This document shows, piece after piece, positions 17,384 to 26,047 of a stretch of DNA of 35,312 nucleotides; within the stretch, counting starts at the first letter, position 1; each line of letters opens with the position of its first letter. The DNA is taken from IMG/VR virus record IMGVR_UViG_3300032327_000237, positions 1-35,312 of that record, one strand, 5' to 3'. The translations under genes were made by a program, and so were the position numbers. The stretch is from a virus. Its lineage: Duplodnaviria > Caudoviricetes. The notes beneath the pieces were generated by a model, which searched no databases, was not told where the DNA came from, and worked only from the letters and a program-made list of their open reading frames with translations.

Positions 17384-19870
17384 ATGATTAAAGCAGCCAA
17401 CTATTACAAAAAGCAAGGATTCTCTGTTATACCAATCGGAGAAAACAAACGCGCCGTTTTTCCTTGGACAGAGTTCCAGACGTCAATCATGGACGATGCA
17501 ACTATTAAGGCCCAGTTTACAAATGAACGTTGTAAGAATATCGCCATTATCGGAGGCGGTGTTTCTGGAGGTTTAGAAATTATAGACGTAGACCTTAAGT
17601 ACGATGTAAGCGGTAACCTATGGGAACGTCTTAAAGAATCCCTTACCGACCTTATGCCATTACTATATGTAGTACGTACTAAGTCCGGAGGTTACCATCT
17701 TTACTATCGTTGCGAGCTGGTTGAGGGTAACCAAAAGCTTGCTATGCGTCACGCTACAAAAGAAGAGTTAATAGATACACCACACGCCAAAGAAATAGTT
17801 TTAATAGAAACTAGAGGCGAGAGAGGTTATGTACTGGCTCCACCAAGTGATGGTTATACAAAGGAAAAAGAGTTTGTTATTAATACAATAACCTTAGAGC
17901 AACGAGACTCAATCTTATCTATATGCCGTTCATTTAATGAGGTAATAAAAGAAATAAGAACGCAAATAGTATCAGACTCCGAAGCCTATGCGACTACGCC
18001 GTGGGACGACTATAATTCTAAGTGTGACGTTGTAGCATTACTAGAGTCTAATGGTTGGACTTGGATTGAGACTAGAGGTGAGCGAGACTTTCTTAAACGT
18101 CCGGGCAAGACGGACTCACACATAAGCGCTGACTATCATAAAGGCCTTGGATTATTTAAAGTATTTAGCACCTCGACTCAGTTTGAGACCGGACGAGGTT
18201 ATAAACCTTTTGCCATCTATGCCACGCTTGAACATAACGGAAACTTTAGCGAAGCTGCTAAGCAACTTATTAAAGACGGCTACGGCGAAGGACGTAACAA
18301 AGTTAGTGTTAACATTAAAAAAGACTATTTAATTAAAAAAGACGAAGGTGTAGACTCAGAAAATATCGCAGCTTTTATAAGCCAAAAGCATAAGCTTGAT
18401 ATTAACAGAGCCAATCAATTAGTGTCAGACCTTGACAACGATAGTGATACCGAACTAAATACATTTTGGTCCGTAGCTAGAGGCGTTATTACAATTGATA
18501 GGTATAAGTTAATAAACCTACTAAGTAGTGAGGGTGGGTTTTATCTTTACTATTATGACAAGAAGCTAAACTATCAACTTGTAAGAATAGTAGATAACTT
18601 TGTTAGCGAGACAAACATGGAGCAAATTAAAAAGTTTTTAATTAACTACATAGACTCTATTCCTTACGATAACTTTGACGGAATTAATAAAAACCGACTA
18701 CGTGAAATAATATACAAGGGAGCCGACGCTTACTTTAATAAAGGTCTATTTGAGTTTATGACTAATATAGAGTTAAAACTTCTTAAGCATACTAAAGACT
18801 CGGCTTACTATCCATTTCTTAACGGAGTAGTACACGTAACAAAGAATAAAAAAGAGTTACTTAAATATGGTGCTATTAATATGCACGTATGGCGAGAGCA
18901 AGTTATACCTTACGAAATTAATATAGACCAAGACTTAGACCTTAGCAACGTAGCATATCTTAAGTTTATACAAAAGATTAGCAACGACGAGGCCGCACGT
19001 ACTGATTATACTAAAGCGCTTATTGGTTATCTTTTACATACTTATAAGGACCCGACTAAGTCTTTTGCTATTATATTAGCTGAAGAGACCGAAGATGAAT
19101 CCGAAGGCGGCGGCGCTGGTAAAGGTTTATTCTTTAAAGCAATAGGAAAGCTTATAAACTTAGTGTCGATTGATGGTAAAAACTTTAAGCTTGACAAGTC
19201 TTTTGCATTCCAAAGAGTTGAGTTGTCAACCCAATTAATAGTCATTGAAGATTGCCGTAAGAACGTAGACTTTGAAGGTTTTTATTCTAAGATTACTGAA
19301 GGCGTAACCATTGAAAAAAAGAACAAAGACGAAATATATATAGGTTATGAAGATGCGCCAAAGTTTGGTTTTACCACAAACTATACTATTAACTACTCCG
19401 GTGGCCATGGTAAGCGTAGGGTTAAGGTCCTTGAGTTTAGTAACTTTTTTAACCATAATAACACACCTTTAGATTTCTTTGGTGGCAAGGCCATGTTTAG
19501 CACCGACTGGGACCGAGACGAATGGAACCGATTTTATAACTTTATGATTGACTCGGTGCAAAACTATCTTTTAAACGGAATACCTAAAATAGATAATAGT
19601 CAAACTATCAATCGTAAGAATATTAAGCTTAACTTTGGCGAAGACTTTTTAGAATACTTTGAACTTATAGAGTTTGAAAAGTGGATTGAGTTTGGCAATG
19701 AGTACTTAAACTTTTTAAATACTAACGATTTAGAGAAAAAAGATTATAGCCAGATAAAGTTTAAAAAAGGTCTTAAGGTAGCTGCGGATATATTTAACAT
19801 AAATCTTGAAACAAGACGTAATAATCAAAATAATAACAAAAATGAATTTAAAATTTCTATTAGAATTTGA
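17384..19870 (+). CDS. Bifunctional primase-polymerase fused to an SF3-like helicase
   Basis: N-terminal Prim-Pol motifs (GFSVIP, IIDVD, TKSGGYHLYY, RGxxGYVLAPPS), RPGK domain, C-terminal GGAGKG Walker A and IVIED Walker B. Confidence 0.88.
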   Translation: MIKAANYYKKQGFSVIPIGENKRAVFPWTEFQTSIMDDATIKAQFTNERCKNIAIIGGGVSGGLEIIDVDLKYDVSGNLWERLKESLTDLMPLLYVVRTKSGGYHLYYRCELVEGNQKLAMRHATKEELIDTPHAKEIVLIETRGERGYVLAPPSDGYTKEKEFVINTITLEQRDSILSICRSFNEVIKEIRTQIVSDSEAYATTPWDDYNSKCDVVALLESNGWTWIETRGERDFLKRPGKTDSHISADYHKGLGLFKVFSTSTQFETGRGYKPFAIYATLEHNGNFSEAAKQLIKDGYGEGRNKVSVNIKKDYLIKKDEGVDSENIAAFISQKHKLDINRANQLVSDLDNDSDTELNTFWSVARGVITIDRYKLINLLSSEGGFYLYYYDKKLNYQLVRIVDNFVSETNMEQIKKFLINYIDSIPYDNFDGINKNRLREIIYKGADAYFNKGLFEFMTNIELKLLKHTKDSAYYPFLNGVVHVTKNKKELLKYGAINMHVWREQVIPYEINIDQDLDLSNVAYLKFIQKISNDEAARTDYTKALIGYLLHTYKDPTKSFAIILAEETEDESEGGGAGKGLFFKAIGKLINLVSIDGKNFKLDKSFAFQRVELSTQLIVIEDCRKNVDFEGFYSKITEGVTIEKKNKDEIYIGYEDAPKFGFTTNYTINYSGGHGKRRVKVLEFSNFFNHNNTPLDFFGGKAMFSTDWDRDEWNRFYNFMIDSVQNYLLNGIPKIDNSQTINRKNIKLNFGEDFLEYFELIEFEKWIEFGNEYLNFLNTNDLEKKDYSQIKFKKGLKVAADIFNINLETRRNNQNNNKNEFKISIRI

Positions 19871-19908
19871 CAAATGGATTAAGAAAAACCCTAAAGGTGG
19901 CATTTTCA

Positions 19909-20105
19909 TACACGATTTACTTAATTTGAAAGTTTCCATACGCGATTTGAAAAGTCATAACTAATTGATAACCAATAGGCGCTACTCAATATACTCGATT
20001 TACTTAATTTATTTAACTTTTAGGGGGGGGGGGGGGTAAAATAAAAAAAAAGAAGAGGGTATAGATAAAACACTAAAAAAACGAGTAAATTAAGTATATT
20101 GCGTA
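19909..20105. repeat. Iteron-like 9-bp repeat cluster, putative replication origin
   Basis: Direct TACACGATT, TACTTAATT, TACGCGATT, TACTCAATA, TACTCGATT, TACTTAATT and three inverted copies at 20079-20105, flanking a G14 run. Confidence 0.65.
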
Positions 20106-20118
20106 ACAACCATTGAAA

Positions 20119-20649
20119 ATGAACAAGTTAGATAAAAATAAAATAATAGAGTTTTTGTATAATCACGTCGACATTAACCGACTTATTAATTCTGTGGACC
20201 CGGAACACGTTAGAGACGATTTAAGACAAGAAACATTCCTAGCGTTACTATCTATGCCGGATGACAAAATAAGCGAAATTTGGGCCTCTAATGGCCTTGT
20301 AGGGTTTACTATAAAGATTATTACTAACATGGCATTTTCTAGCACGTCACCATTTTATAAGAAGTTTAGGAAAAATGACTATCAAAAAGCTTTAGAATAT
20401 TACCGGAGTCAACAAAAACTACCGGAACTTAACCTTAACTTTGCTAATATTGCTAATAAACGCTTGGCTATGAAATACCATGAAGACGAATTGCAAGCAC
20501 ACGAAGCCATATTGTTTACCAAATATGTTGAATTAAGAAGCTGCAAAAAGGTAGCCGACTTTTATACCATACCAGAAAAACACGTTAAAGACATAATCCG
20601 TAAAACAAAACTTGAACTAAAGAATATTTGCTTAAATAATAAAAATTAA
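20119..20649 (+). CDS. ECF-like RNA polymerase sigma factor (probable late-gene activator); start ATG 20119 or TTG 20113
   Basis: Region 2-like DDLRQETFLALL and region 4-like HTH SCKKVADFYTIPEKHVKDIIRKTK. Confidence 0.7.
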   Translation: MNKLDKNKIIEFLYNHVDINRLINSVDPEHVRDDLRQETFLALLSMPDDKISEIWASNGLVGFTIKIITNMAFSSTSPFYKKFRKNDYQKALEYYRSQQKLPELNLNFANIANKRLAMKYHEDELQAHEAILFTKYVELRSCKKVADFYTIPEKHVKDIIRKTKLELKNICLNNKN

Positions 20650-20653
20650 ACTT

Positions 20654-20890
20654 ATGATTGAAACAAATTCTATTCATCAAGGATGGGAATGTCCTAAATG
20701 CAATAGGGTATATTCTCCAACAATAATTATGTGTATTCATTGTCCTACTAGAAAAGTAACAACTAATGGAACTAGTAGTATTTCTTTTACACATTCATTT
20801 TCATCTAATATACCAAGTCCAACAAACAAAACTAAATGCAGTATATGTGGATTAGAAAAATGGCAGCACCCTAATATTTCAAATACATAA
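20654..20890 (+). CDS. Small zinc-ribbon protein
   Basis: GWECPKCNRVYSP...CIHC and CSICG...H motifs. Confidence 0.7.
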   Translation: MIETNSIHQGWECPKCNRVYSPTIIMCIHCPTRKVTTNGTSSISFTHSFSSNIPSPTNKTKCSICGLEKWQHPNISNT

Positions 20891-20943
20891 AATAAAATAT
20901 GTTACAATTTTATATAAAAAAGTAACAAAATAAAAAACAACTT

Positions 20944-21183
20944 ATGATTACTATTTCACTAGCAGCTTTCTTTTTTGCCTATTACTTTGTGGAAGTGGCC
21001 AAAATAGTTTACGTTATAAAAAAGGTATGGAAAATTCCTTTTGACAAAAGAATGAAGCCGTTTGACTGCGTTACTTGCTTAAGCGTTTGGATGGCAGTCT
21101 TATTTTATTTTATGCCGTTTGAGGTCGTACAATTTATTTGTATTATATTTGGGGCTGGATTCATTGGACAAAAAATTAAATAA
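20944..21183 (+). CDS. Small membrane protein with CxxC (DUF1360-like)
   Basis: 79 aa, about three hydrophobic segments, KPFDCVTCLSVW motif. Confidence 0.65.
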   Translation: MITISLAAFFFAYYFVEVAKIVYVIKKVWKIPFDKRMKPFDCVTCLSVWMAVLFYFMPFEVVQFICIIFGAGFIGQKIK

Positions 21184-21184
21184 T

Positions 21185-21418
21185 ATGACACCAGTAATAC
21201 TACCGCTACTTTGCCACAACGATAATACAATTTTATTTGATGAACTTGGCATAGATTACAACTACGAGAATTTAACGAGCGTTGAGTTTATGTTTTTTAA
21301 TATTGACTATGCTTGTAGCAATATCAAAAACAATAGAGAGTTTACAGAAATTGTCAGCACTGGCGAAAGCTTTGTCGTTGACTTAAGCTGGGATGAATTT
21401 AAAAAATTGTTTAAATGA
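21185..21418 (+). CDS. Hypothetical protein; start probably ATG 21185
   Basis: MTPVILPLLCHND..., acidic 77 aa, ATGA overlap with the next gene. Confidence 0.6.
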   Translation: MTPVILPLLCHNDNTILFDELGIDYNYENLTSVEFMFFNIDYACSNIKNNREFTEIVSTGESFVVDLSWDEFKKLFK

Positions 21419-22422
21419 TACAAGTATTAGGCATAACCCAAAAAGGTAGTGGCTGCGGATGGCATAGAGTCACAATGCCGCTTGCGTATATGGATGATGC
21501 TTATAACCATGTTACTAATGTACCTAGCAAAGAAATACTAGAAGAGCGACGATTTGATATATTGTTATACAATAGGTTTAGTCCTTTTGATAATGCTTGG
21601 GATGAAACTAAGCAGCACTTTAAAGTTGTTTTAGACTTAGACGATGACTGGGAGTTACCATATAGCCACCCACTTTATCCATTTTATGAAGCGCAAAAAA
21701 ATCGTTTATTAATTAACTTGCTTAACGCGGACCTTGTTACTTGCACTAACGAGCGCATTGCAGACAAAGTAAGTAAGTACTGCAAGAATATTTTAATACT
21801 ACCTAATTGCATACCACTAGGAGAGCAACAATACACCGACCATAGACACGAAAGCGATTTAGTTCGTATATTCTGGGCCGGAGGTAGCACACACCTAGAA
21901 GATATAAGGCTACTTGCTAATCCTTTAAAAAGGTTAACTGCGTCTAAAGGTTTTGAAATGATATTAGGTGGGTACACCGATAGCGACCCAGTAAGTAAAG
22001 CTTATTGGGACCAAGTGCATAGTATGTTTACCTTTGGTGGAAAGTTTCCTAATAGAAAACTTGCAAGCACTTTGCCCAATAATTATATGAGCCATTTTGA
22101 GCACGCCGACATAATGCTTATTCCTTTGCAAGAAAGCGATTGGCACGCGTGTAAAAGCAATCTAAAGATACTAGAGGCTGCAAGCAAACGCATAGCGGTA
22201 ATATGTAGCCACGTCGAACCATATAGCAAAGATAGCGACGCACCGGTGCTTTGGGTAAAGACTCAAAGCGACTGGTATAAACATATAAACTATTTATTAA
22301 ACAATCCACTAGAAAGGATAAAGCTAGGTGAAGACCTTTACGAGTGGGCAAAAACAAAGTACAACTATGAGTCAATCGGAGCAACTAGACGCGAAGCATT
22401 TGGAAACCTTGTTAAAGCATAA
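21415..22422 (+). CDS. Glycosyltransferase (GT-B fold, GT4-like)
   Basis: SGCGWHRxxMP, DLDDDW, ADLVTCT, WAGGSTHxED, DIMLIPL...KSNLKILEA motifs. Confidence 0.82.
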   Translation: MIQVLGITQKGSGCGWHRVTMPLAYMDDAYNHVTNVPSKEILEERRFDILLYNRFSPFDNAWDETKQHFKVVLDLDDDWELPYSHPLYPFYEAQKNRLLINLLNADLVTCTNERIADKVSKYCKNILILPNCIPLGEQQYTDHRHESDLVRIFWAGGSTHLEDIRLLANPLKRLTASKGFEMILGGYTDSDPVSKAYWDQVHSMFTFGGKFPNRKLASTLPNNYMSHFEHADIMLIPLQESDWHACKSNLKILEAASKRIAVICSHVEPYSKDSDAPVLWVKTQSDWYKHINYLLNNPLERIKLGEDLYEWAKTKYNYESIGATRREAFGNLVKA

Positions 22423-22609
22423 ACACTTCTACGATTTGTTTATTGTTTCTGGCGAGTTAGTAGCATTTACTAACGAAATACAAAACGAACTATTAGAGGT
22501 CATGCGCACACGTGATGCATACTATACGTATAACAACCGCTGCGGTGCTTGTATCGGAACCTTTTTAACTAACGTATATAAAACATTCAATGAGCAACTT
22601 CATTCATAA
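22367..22609 (+). CDS. Small soluble CxxC protein; start probably ATG 22367
   Basis: 80 aa, helical, single RCGACI motif near the C-terminus. Confidence 0.6.
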   Translation: MSQSEQLDAKHLETLLKHKHFYDLFIVSGELVAFTNEIQNELLEVMRTRDAYYTYNNRCGACIGTFLTNVYKTFNEQLHS

Positions 22610-23075
22610 GACGGCCATAGTAGGGCCAAACGTAACACTTGGAGACAATGTTTATATTGGTCCTTATTGCGTAATAGGCGAACCAGCCGAACATAAGCTA
22701 TTTTGGAACGCACCACTAGGCCAAGTGGTAATAGGCGACGACTGCGTAATAACTGGCCATGTAACTATCGACGCTGGTACTACTGAAGTGACAACCATTG
22801 GCGCTGGTACATGGATGCTAAAGCATAGTCACGTCGGACACGATTGTAAAATAGGTACTAATGTAACTATAAGCTGCGGCGCAAAGATAGGTGGCCACAC
22901 ACGTATTGGCAACCATTGTAATATAGGACTTAACGCAGTCATTCACCAAAAGCAAGTAATAGCTCCGGGCTGCATGATTGGTATGGGTGCCGTTATTACA
23001 CGTAAGCTTTATACAACACATTCCACAAAGTATGCTGGGAATCCAGCTAAAGAAATAGGAAAAAATATAATATAA
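22590..23075 (+). CDS. LpxA-like hexapeptide-repeat (left-handed beta-helix) acyltransferase
   Basis: IHKTAIV, IGPYCVIG, SHVGHDCKIG, IGMGAVIT, AGNPAK. Confidence 0.88.
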   Translation: MSNFIHKTAIVGPNVTLGDNVYIGPYCVIGEPAEHKLFWNAPLGQVVIGDDCVITGHVTIDAGTTEVTTIGAGTWMLKHSHVGHDCKIGTNVTISCGAKIGGHTRIGNHCNIGLNAVIHQKQVIAPGCMIGMGAVITRKLYTTHSTKYAGNPAKEIGKNII

Positions 23076-23677
23076 TGAAAGTACTAATTGCCGGCTTAGT
23101 ATATGGAGAAAGGCCAATAGACGCTTTGGTAAATAACCTAGCAAACTTAAATTATGAGGATGCTACCTTTTATGCTATAAATAAAGAAGGTATAGCAAAC
23201 GCTATGAATGAAGCTATTGACATTGCTTTAATGGATGGCTTCGATGCGATTGCTTATTTAGCAAACGATATAATTGAGCCAGACAATTGGCTTAACAAAA
23301 AGGTAGAAGCTTTAAAAACTTATCCTAAAGCTGGCATTGTGGCAAGTAGTTTAGATAGGGTAAGAATTGGCATTAATAGTGAACACATTATAAGCAACTG
23401 GTTATTAAGTATGGACGTAGTTAATACAATAGGTATCTTCAATGAGTCAATGTTTCCGTATGGACCTATTGACTTAGACTATTGCGAGAGGGCCAACCTA
23501 GCTGGATTTAATACTTACTATGTGAAAGATTGTCTTGCCGAACATTTAGGAGGTCATGCTAGCGGTAACGAGTATGGCTACGACAAGGCCGAATTATTAC
23601 AAAAGAATTGGTCTAAACATGAAGCGGATATAAAAGGCTATCGTGAAGGCACTAAAGATATAACAATATGGATGTAA
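23075..23677 (+). CDS. Glycosyltransferase (GT-A fold, GT2-like)
   Basis: GIANAMNEAI, YLAND, IGIFNE..YGPIDLDYCERA, EH motifs. Confidence 0.78.
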   Translation: MKVLIAGLVYGERPIDALVNNLANLNYEDATFYAINKEGIANAMNEAIDIALMDGFDAIAYLANDIIEPDNWLNKKVEALKTYPKAGIVASSLDRVRIGINSEHIISNWLLSMDVVNTIGIFNESMFPYGPIDLDYCERANLAGFNTYYVKDCLAEHLGGHASGNEYGYDKAELLQKNWSKHEADIKGYREGTKDITIWM

Positions 23678-24096
23678 GAGAAAGCGTAACAAGAAAGTTT
23701 AAAGACATAGACGAAGACAAACTAATGGAGTTGGCCTTTGCCTATTGCGACAATTGTATGATGGGACAAAAGCAAGTTGCTACCGGTAGCGGTAAGATAG
23801 TAGAAATACGCGACCGCTTTGTGCCGACAATAGATTACTTTTTAGACCATTGGCTTAGAAAGCATGACTTTGAATTTTATACAAGAATGGGTCTTTGGAA
23901 AATTAGACAAGACCAGACACACCCTTATCATGAGGTGGCAAACAGAATAGTTACAATGTTTAAATCATTAGCTATTGATATTGTTGCTAACGAAGGTAAA
24001 GCTATTTTCTATGCTAAGAATGCATTAGGAATGACCGATAGGGCCATGACTGAGAATACAAACATAGACACCATCACAATCAAGTATGAATCTTGA
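23668..24096 (+). CDS. terS: Terminase small subunit
   Basis: 142 aa immediately upstream of terL; PTIDxF and IFYAKNALGMTDR motifs. Confidence 0.7.
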   Translation: MDVRESVTRKFKDIDEDKLMELAFAYCDNCMMGQKQVATGSGKIVEIRDRFVPTIDYFLDHWLRKHDFEFYTRMGLWKIRQDQTHPYHEVANRIVTMFKSLAIDIVANEGKAIFYAKNALGMTDRAMTENTNIDTITIKYES

Positions 24097-25252
24097 TATA
24101 AAGCTATGTAAGCCGCACCCAGCACAAAAGCAAGTCTTGGACTCCGACGCTCGTTTTAGGGTTATGATGTGTGGGCGTAGGTTTGGTAAGTCATTAATTA
24201 GTCAAAACATATCTATTGAGACGGGCCTACAAAGAAAGCACGTAGCCTATATAACACCTACTTACCAATTAGGTAAGATGTTTTTTAAGGAAATATGTAA
24301 GCTTTTGCCAGATAAGGTTTATAAAAAGAACGAGACCGATTTACTTATCGACTTTGTTACTGGTGGCTCTGTAAGGTTTTATACCGGAGAGCGTTTAGAT
24401 GCTATGCGTGGAACCAAATACCATTTAGTTATTATAGATGAGGCCTCGTACATACCTAATTTAGAAGAGGGATGGAATAATAGTATAAGGCCAACACTTA
24501 CCGACTTTAAAGGTAAGGCAATATTCTTAAGCACGCCACGTGGCAAAAACTATTTTTATAGCTTATTCATGCGTGGCGGTGAGCCTAACTGGGAGTCTTT
24601 TAAGTTTACTACTTACGATAACCCACATATAGACCCTACGGAAGTTGACGCAGCTGCGGCCCAATTGCCATCGGTAGTATTTAAGCAAGAATACCTTGCA
24701 GACCCTATGGAGAATGCAGCCAACCCTTTTGGCTCCGAGTTTATCTATGCTTGCACTAAAGAGACTAAAGGCGTAGCGGCTTACTATGGTATTGACTTAG
24801 CTAAGTCGGTCGATTGGTCCGTTATAATTGGTATGGACAAGCAAGGTAATGTCGTGCATTTTGAAAGGTTCCAAAAAGACTGGATGCAAACTAAAGAGAC
24901 AATATTAAGGTTGCCAAAGAACATACCGATAGTAATTGACTCAACTGGCGTAGGAGACGCCATAGTAGAAGACCTACAAAAAAAGTTTAACAAAATGTAT
25001 GGGTTTAAGTTTACGGCTACAAGCAAGCAGCAACTACTTGAGTCATTAAGTAGCGCTATACAGACTAAAAGCATTAGCTATCCAGATGGACCGATTAAAC
25101 AAGAACTAGAAGTGTTTGAATATACCTTTACACCAACTGGTGTAAGATACTCGGCACCACAAGGATTCCACGACGACTGCGTTATTGCTTTGGCTTTGGC
25201 TAACAAGTGCCGTATTGAGCACAAAGAGGTAGGCAAGTACCACGTTATTTAA
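24086..25252 (+). CDS. terL: Terminase large subunit
   Basis: GRRFGKS Walker A, IIDEA Walker B, LSTPRG, QEYLA, GIDLA and HDDCVIALA nuclease motifs. Confidence 0.95.
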   Translation: MNLDIKLCKPHPAQKQVLDSDARFRVMMCGRRFGKSLISQNISIETGLQRKHVAYITPTYQLGKMFFKEICKLLPDKVYKKNETDLLIDFVTGGSVRFYTGERLDAMRGTKYHLVIIDEASYIPNLEEGWNNSIRPTLTDFKGKAIFLSTPRGKNYFYSLFMRGGEPNWESFKFTTYDNPHIDPTEVDAAAAQLPSVVFKQEYLADPMENAANPFGSEFIYACTKETKGVAAYYGIDLAKSVDWSVIIGMDKQGNVVHFERFQKDWMQTKETILRLPKNIPIVIDSTGVGDAIVEDLQKKFNKMYGFKFTATSKQQLLESLSSAIQTKSISYPDGPIKQELEVFEYTFTPTGVRYSAPQGFHDDCVIALALANKCRIEHKEVGKYHVI

Positions 25253-25271
25253 AAACTATATTTATAATAGT

Positions 25272-25910
25272 ATGAAGCTAACAATTGAGAAATTCCAAAA
25301 ACTGCAAGACTTATCAATACTTGAGGAAAGCGAACAAGATAAGTCAAGCCGTATTATTCAAATACTCTTAGATAAAACTATGGAGCAAGTGGATAAAATG
25401 CCGGAAAAGAAGTTTAATAAGCTTTGCTTAAGTATTAAAAACTTATTTGAATTAGAGGTTGAGAATGCAGTAACAAGTAAGCCGCAAAGATTAATTAAAG
25501 CAAATGGCAATTGGTATAGATTAAACTTTGAAATTAAAAGGCCTTTTAATGCTGGTAGGTATATAGAGGTCTTGACATTTAGTAAAGGCAATCCAATAGT
25601 TGATATGCACAATATCCTAGCTAGTATTTGCACACCTTTAAAATGGAGTTGGAAAAGGTTTAAATTAATCAACCAACCATACGATGCGCTAAGCCACGAA
25701 AAATATGCAGACGATTTCAAGCAAGCAGACTTTAAACATGGTTATCATGCTATGGTTTTTTTTTGCATACTATTAACCAATTTAACGAGCAATACAAGGG
25801 CTTATTCGGCTCAAGAAGTAATGAGGATAATGAGCAATCAAAAGAGGTTAAGAGTATTGAAGAGAAATTTCAAGAAGATTTTGGATGGGTTTACAACGCA
25901 TCAAAAGTAG
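25272..25910 (+). CDS. Putative tail assembly chaperone (0-frame product)
   Basis: Contains the slippery run ATG GTT TTT TTT TGC at 25752-25766. Confidence 0.6.
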   Translation: MKLTIEKFQKLQDLSILEESEQDKSSRIIQILLDKTMEQVDKMPEKKFNKLCLSIKNLFELEVENAVTSKPQRLIKANGNWYRLNFEIKRPFNAGRYIEVLTFSKGNPIVDMHNILASICTPLKWSWKRFKLINQPYDALSHEKYADDFKQADFKHGYHAMVFFCILLTNLTSNTRAYSAQEVMRIMSNQKRLRVLKRNFKKILDGFTTHQK

Positions 25911-26047
25911 CAGACTTTGAGAGAATACCACTAGACTTGGTATACGATTTGCCGGTAATACAATTTTTAAACGATTTGAGCTATTTAAAACAAAAACTAA
26001 GTGTAGATGAGTATCAACATAAGCAGCGCACAAAAGAAGGCACTTAG
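25763..26047 (+). CDS. -1 frame extension of the tail assembly chaperone (G-T type fusion)
   Basis: ORF opens at the T9 run in the -1 frame; YKGLF...FGWVY...LPVIQFLNDLSY looks like a genuine protein. Confidence 0.65.
   Translation: MHTINQFNEQYKGLFGSRSNEDNEQSKEVKSIEEKFQEDFGWVYNASKVADFERIPLDLVYDLPVIQFLNDLSYLKQKLSVDEYQHKQRTKEGT

Noticed and set aside
22590-23075. Calling the acyltransferase lpxA (lipid A synthesis)
   Set aside because: At 161 aa it appears to lack the LpxA C-terminal helical domain; the substrate cannot be assigned from sequence
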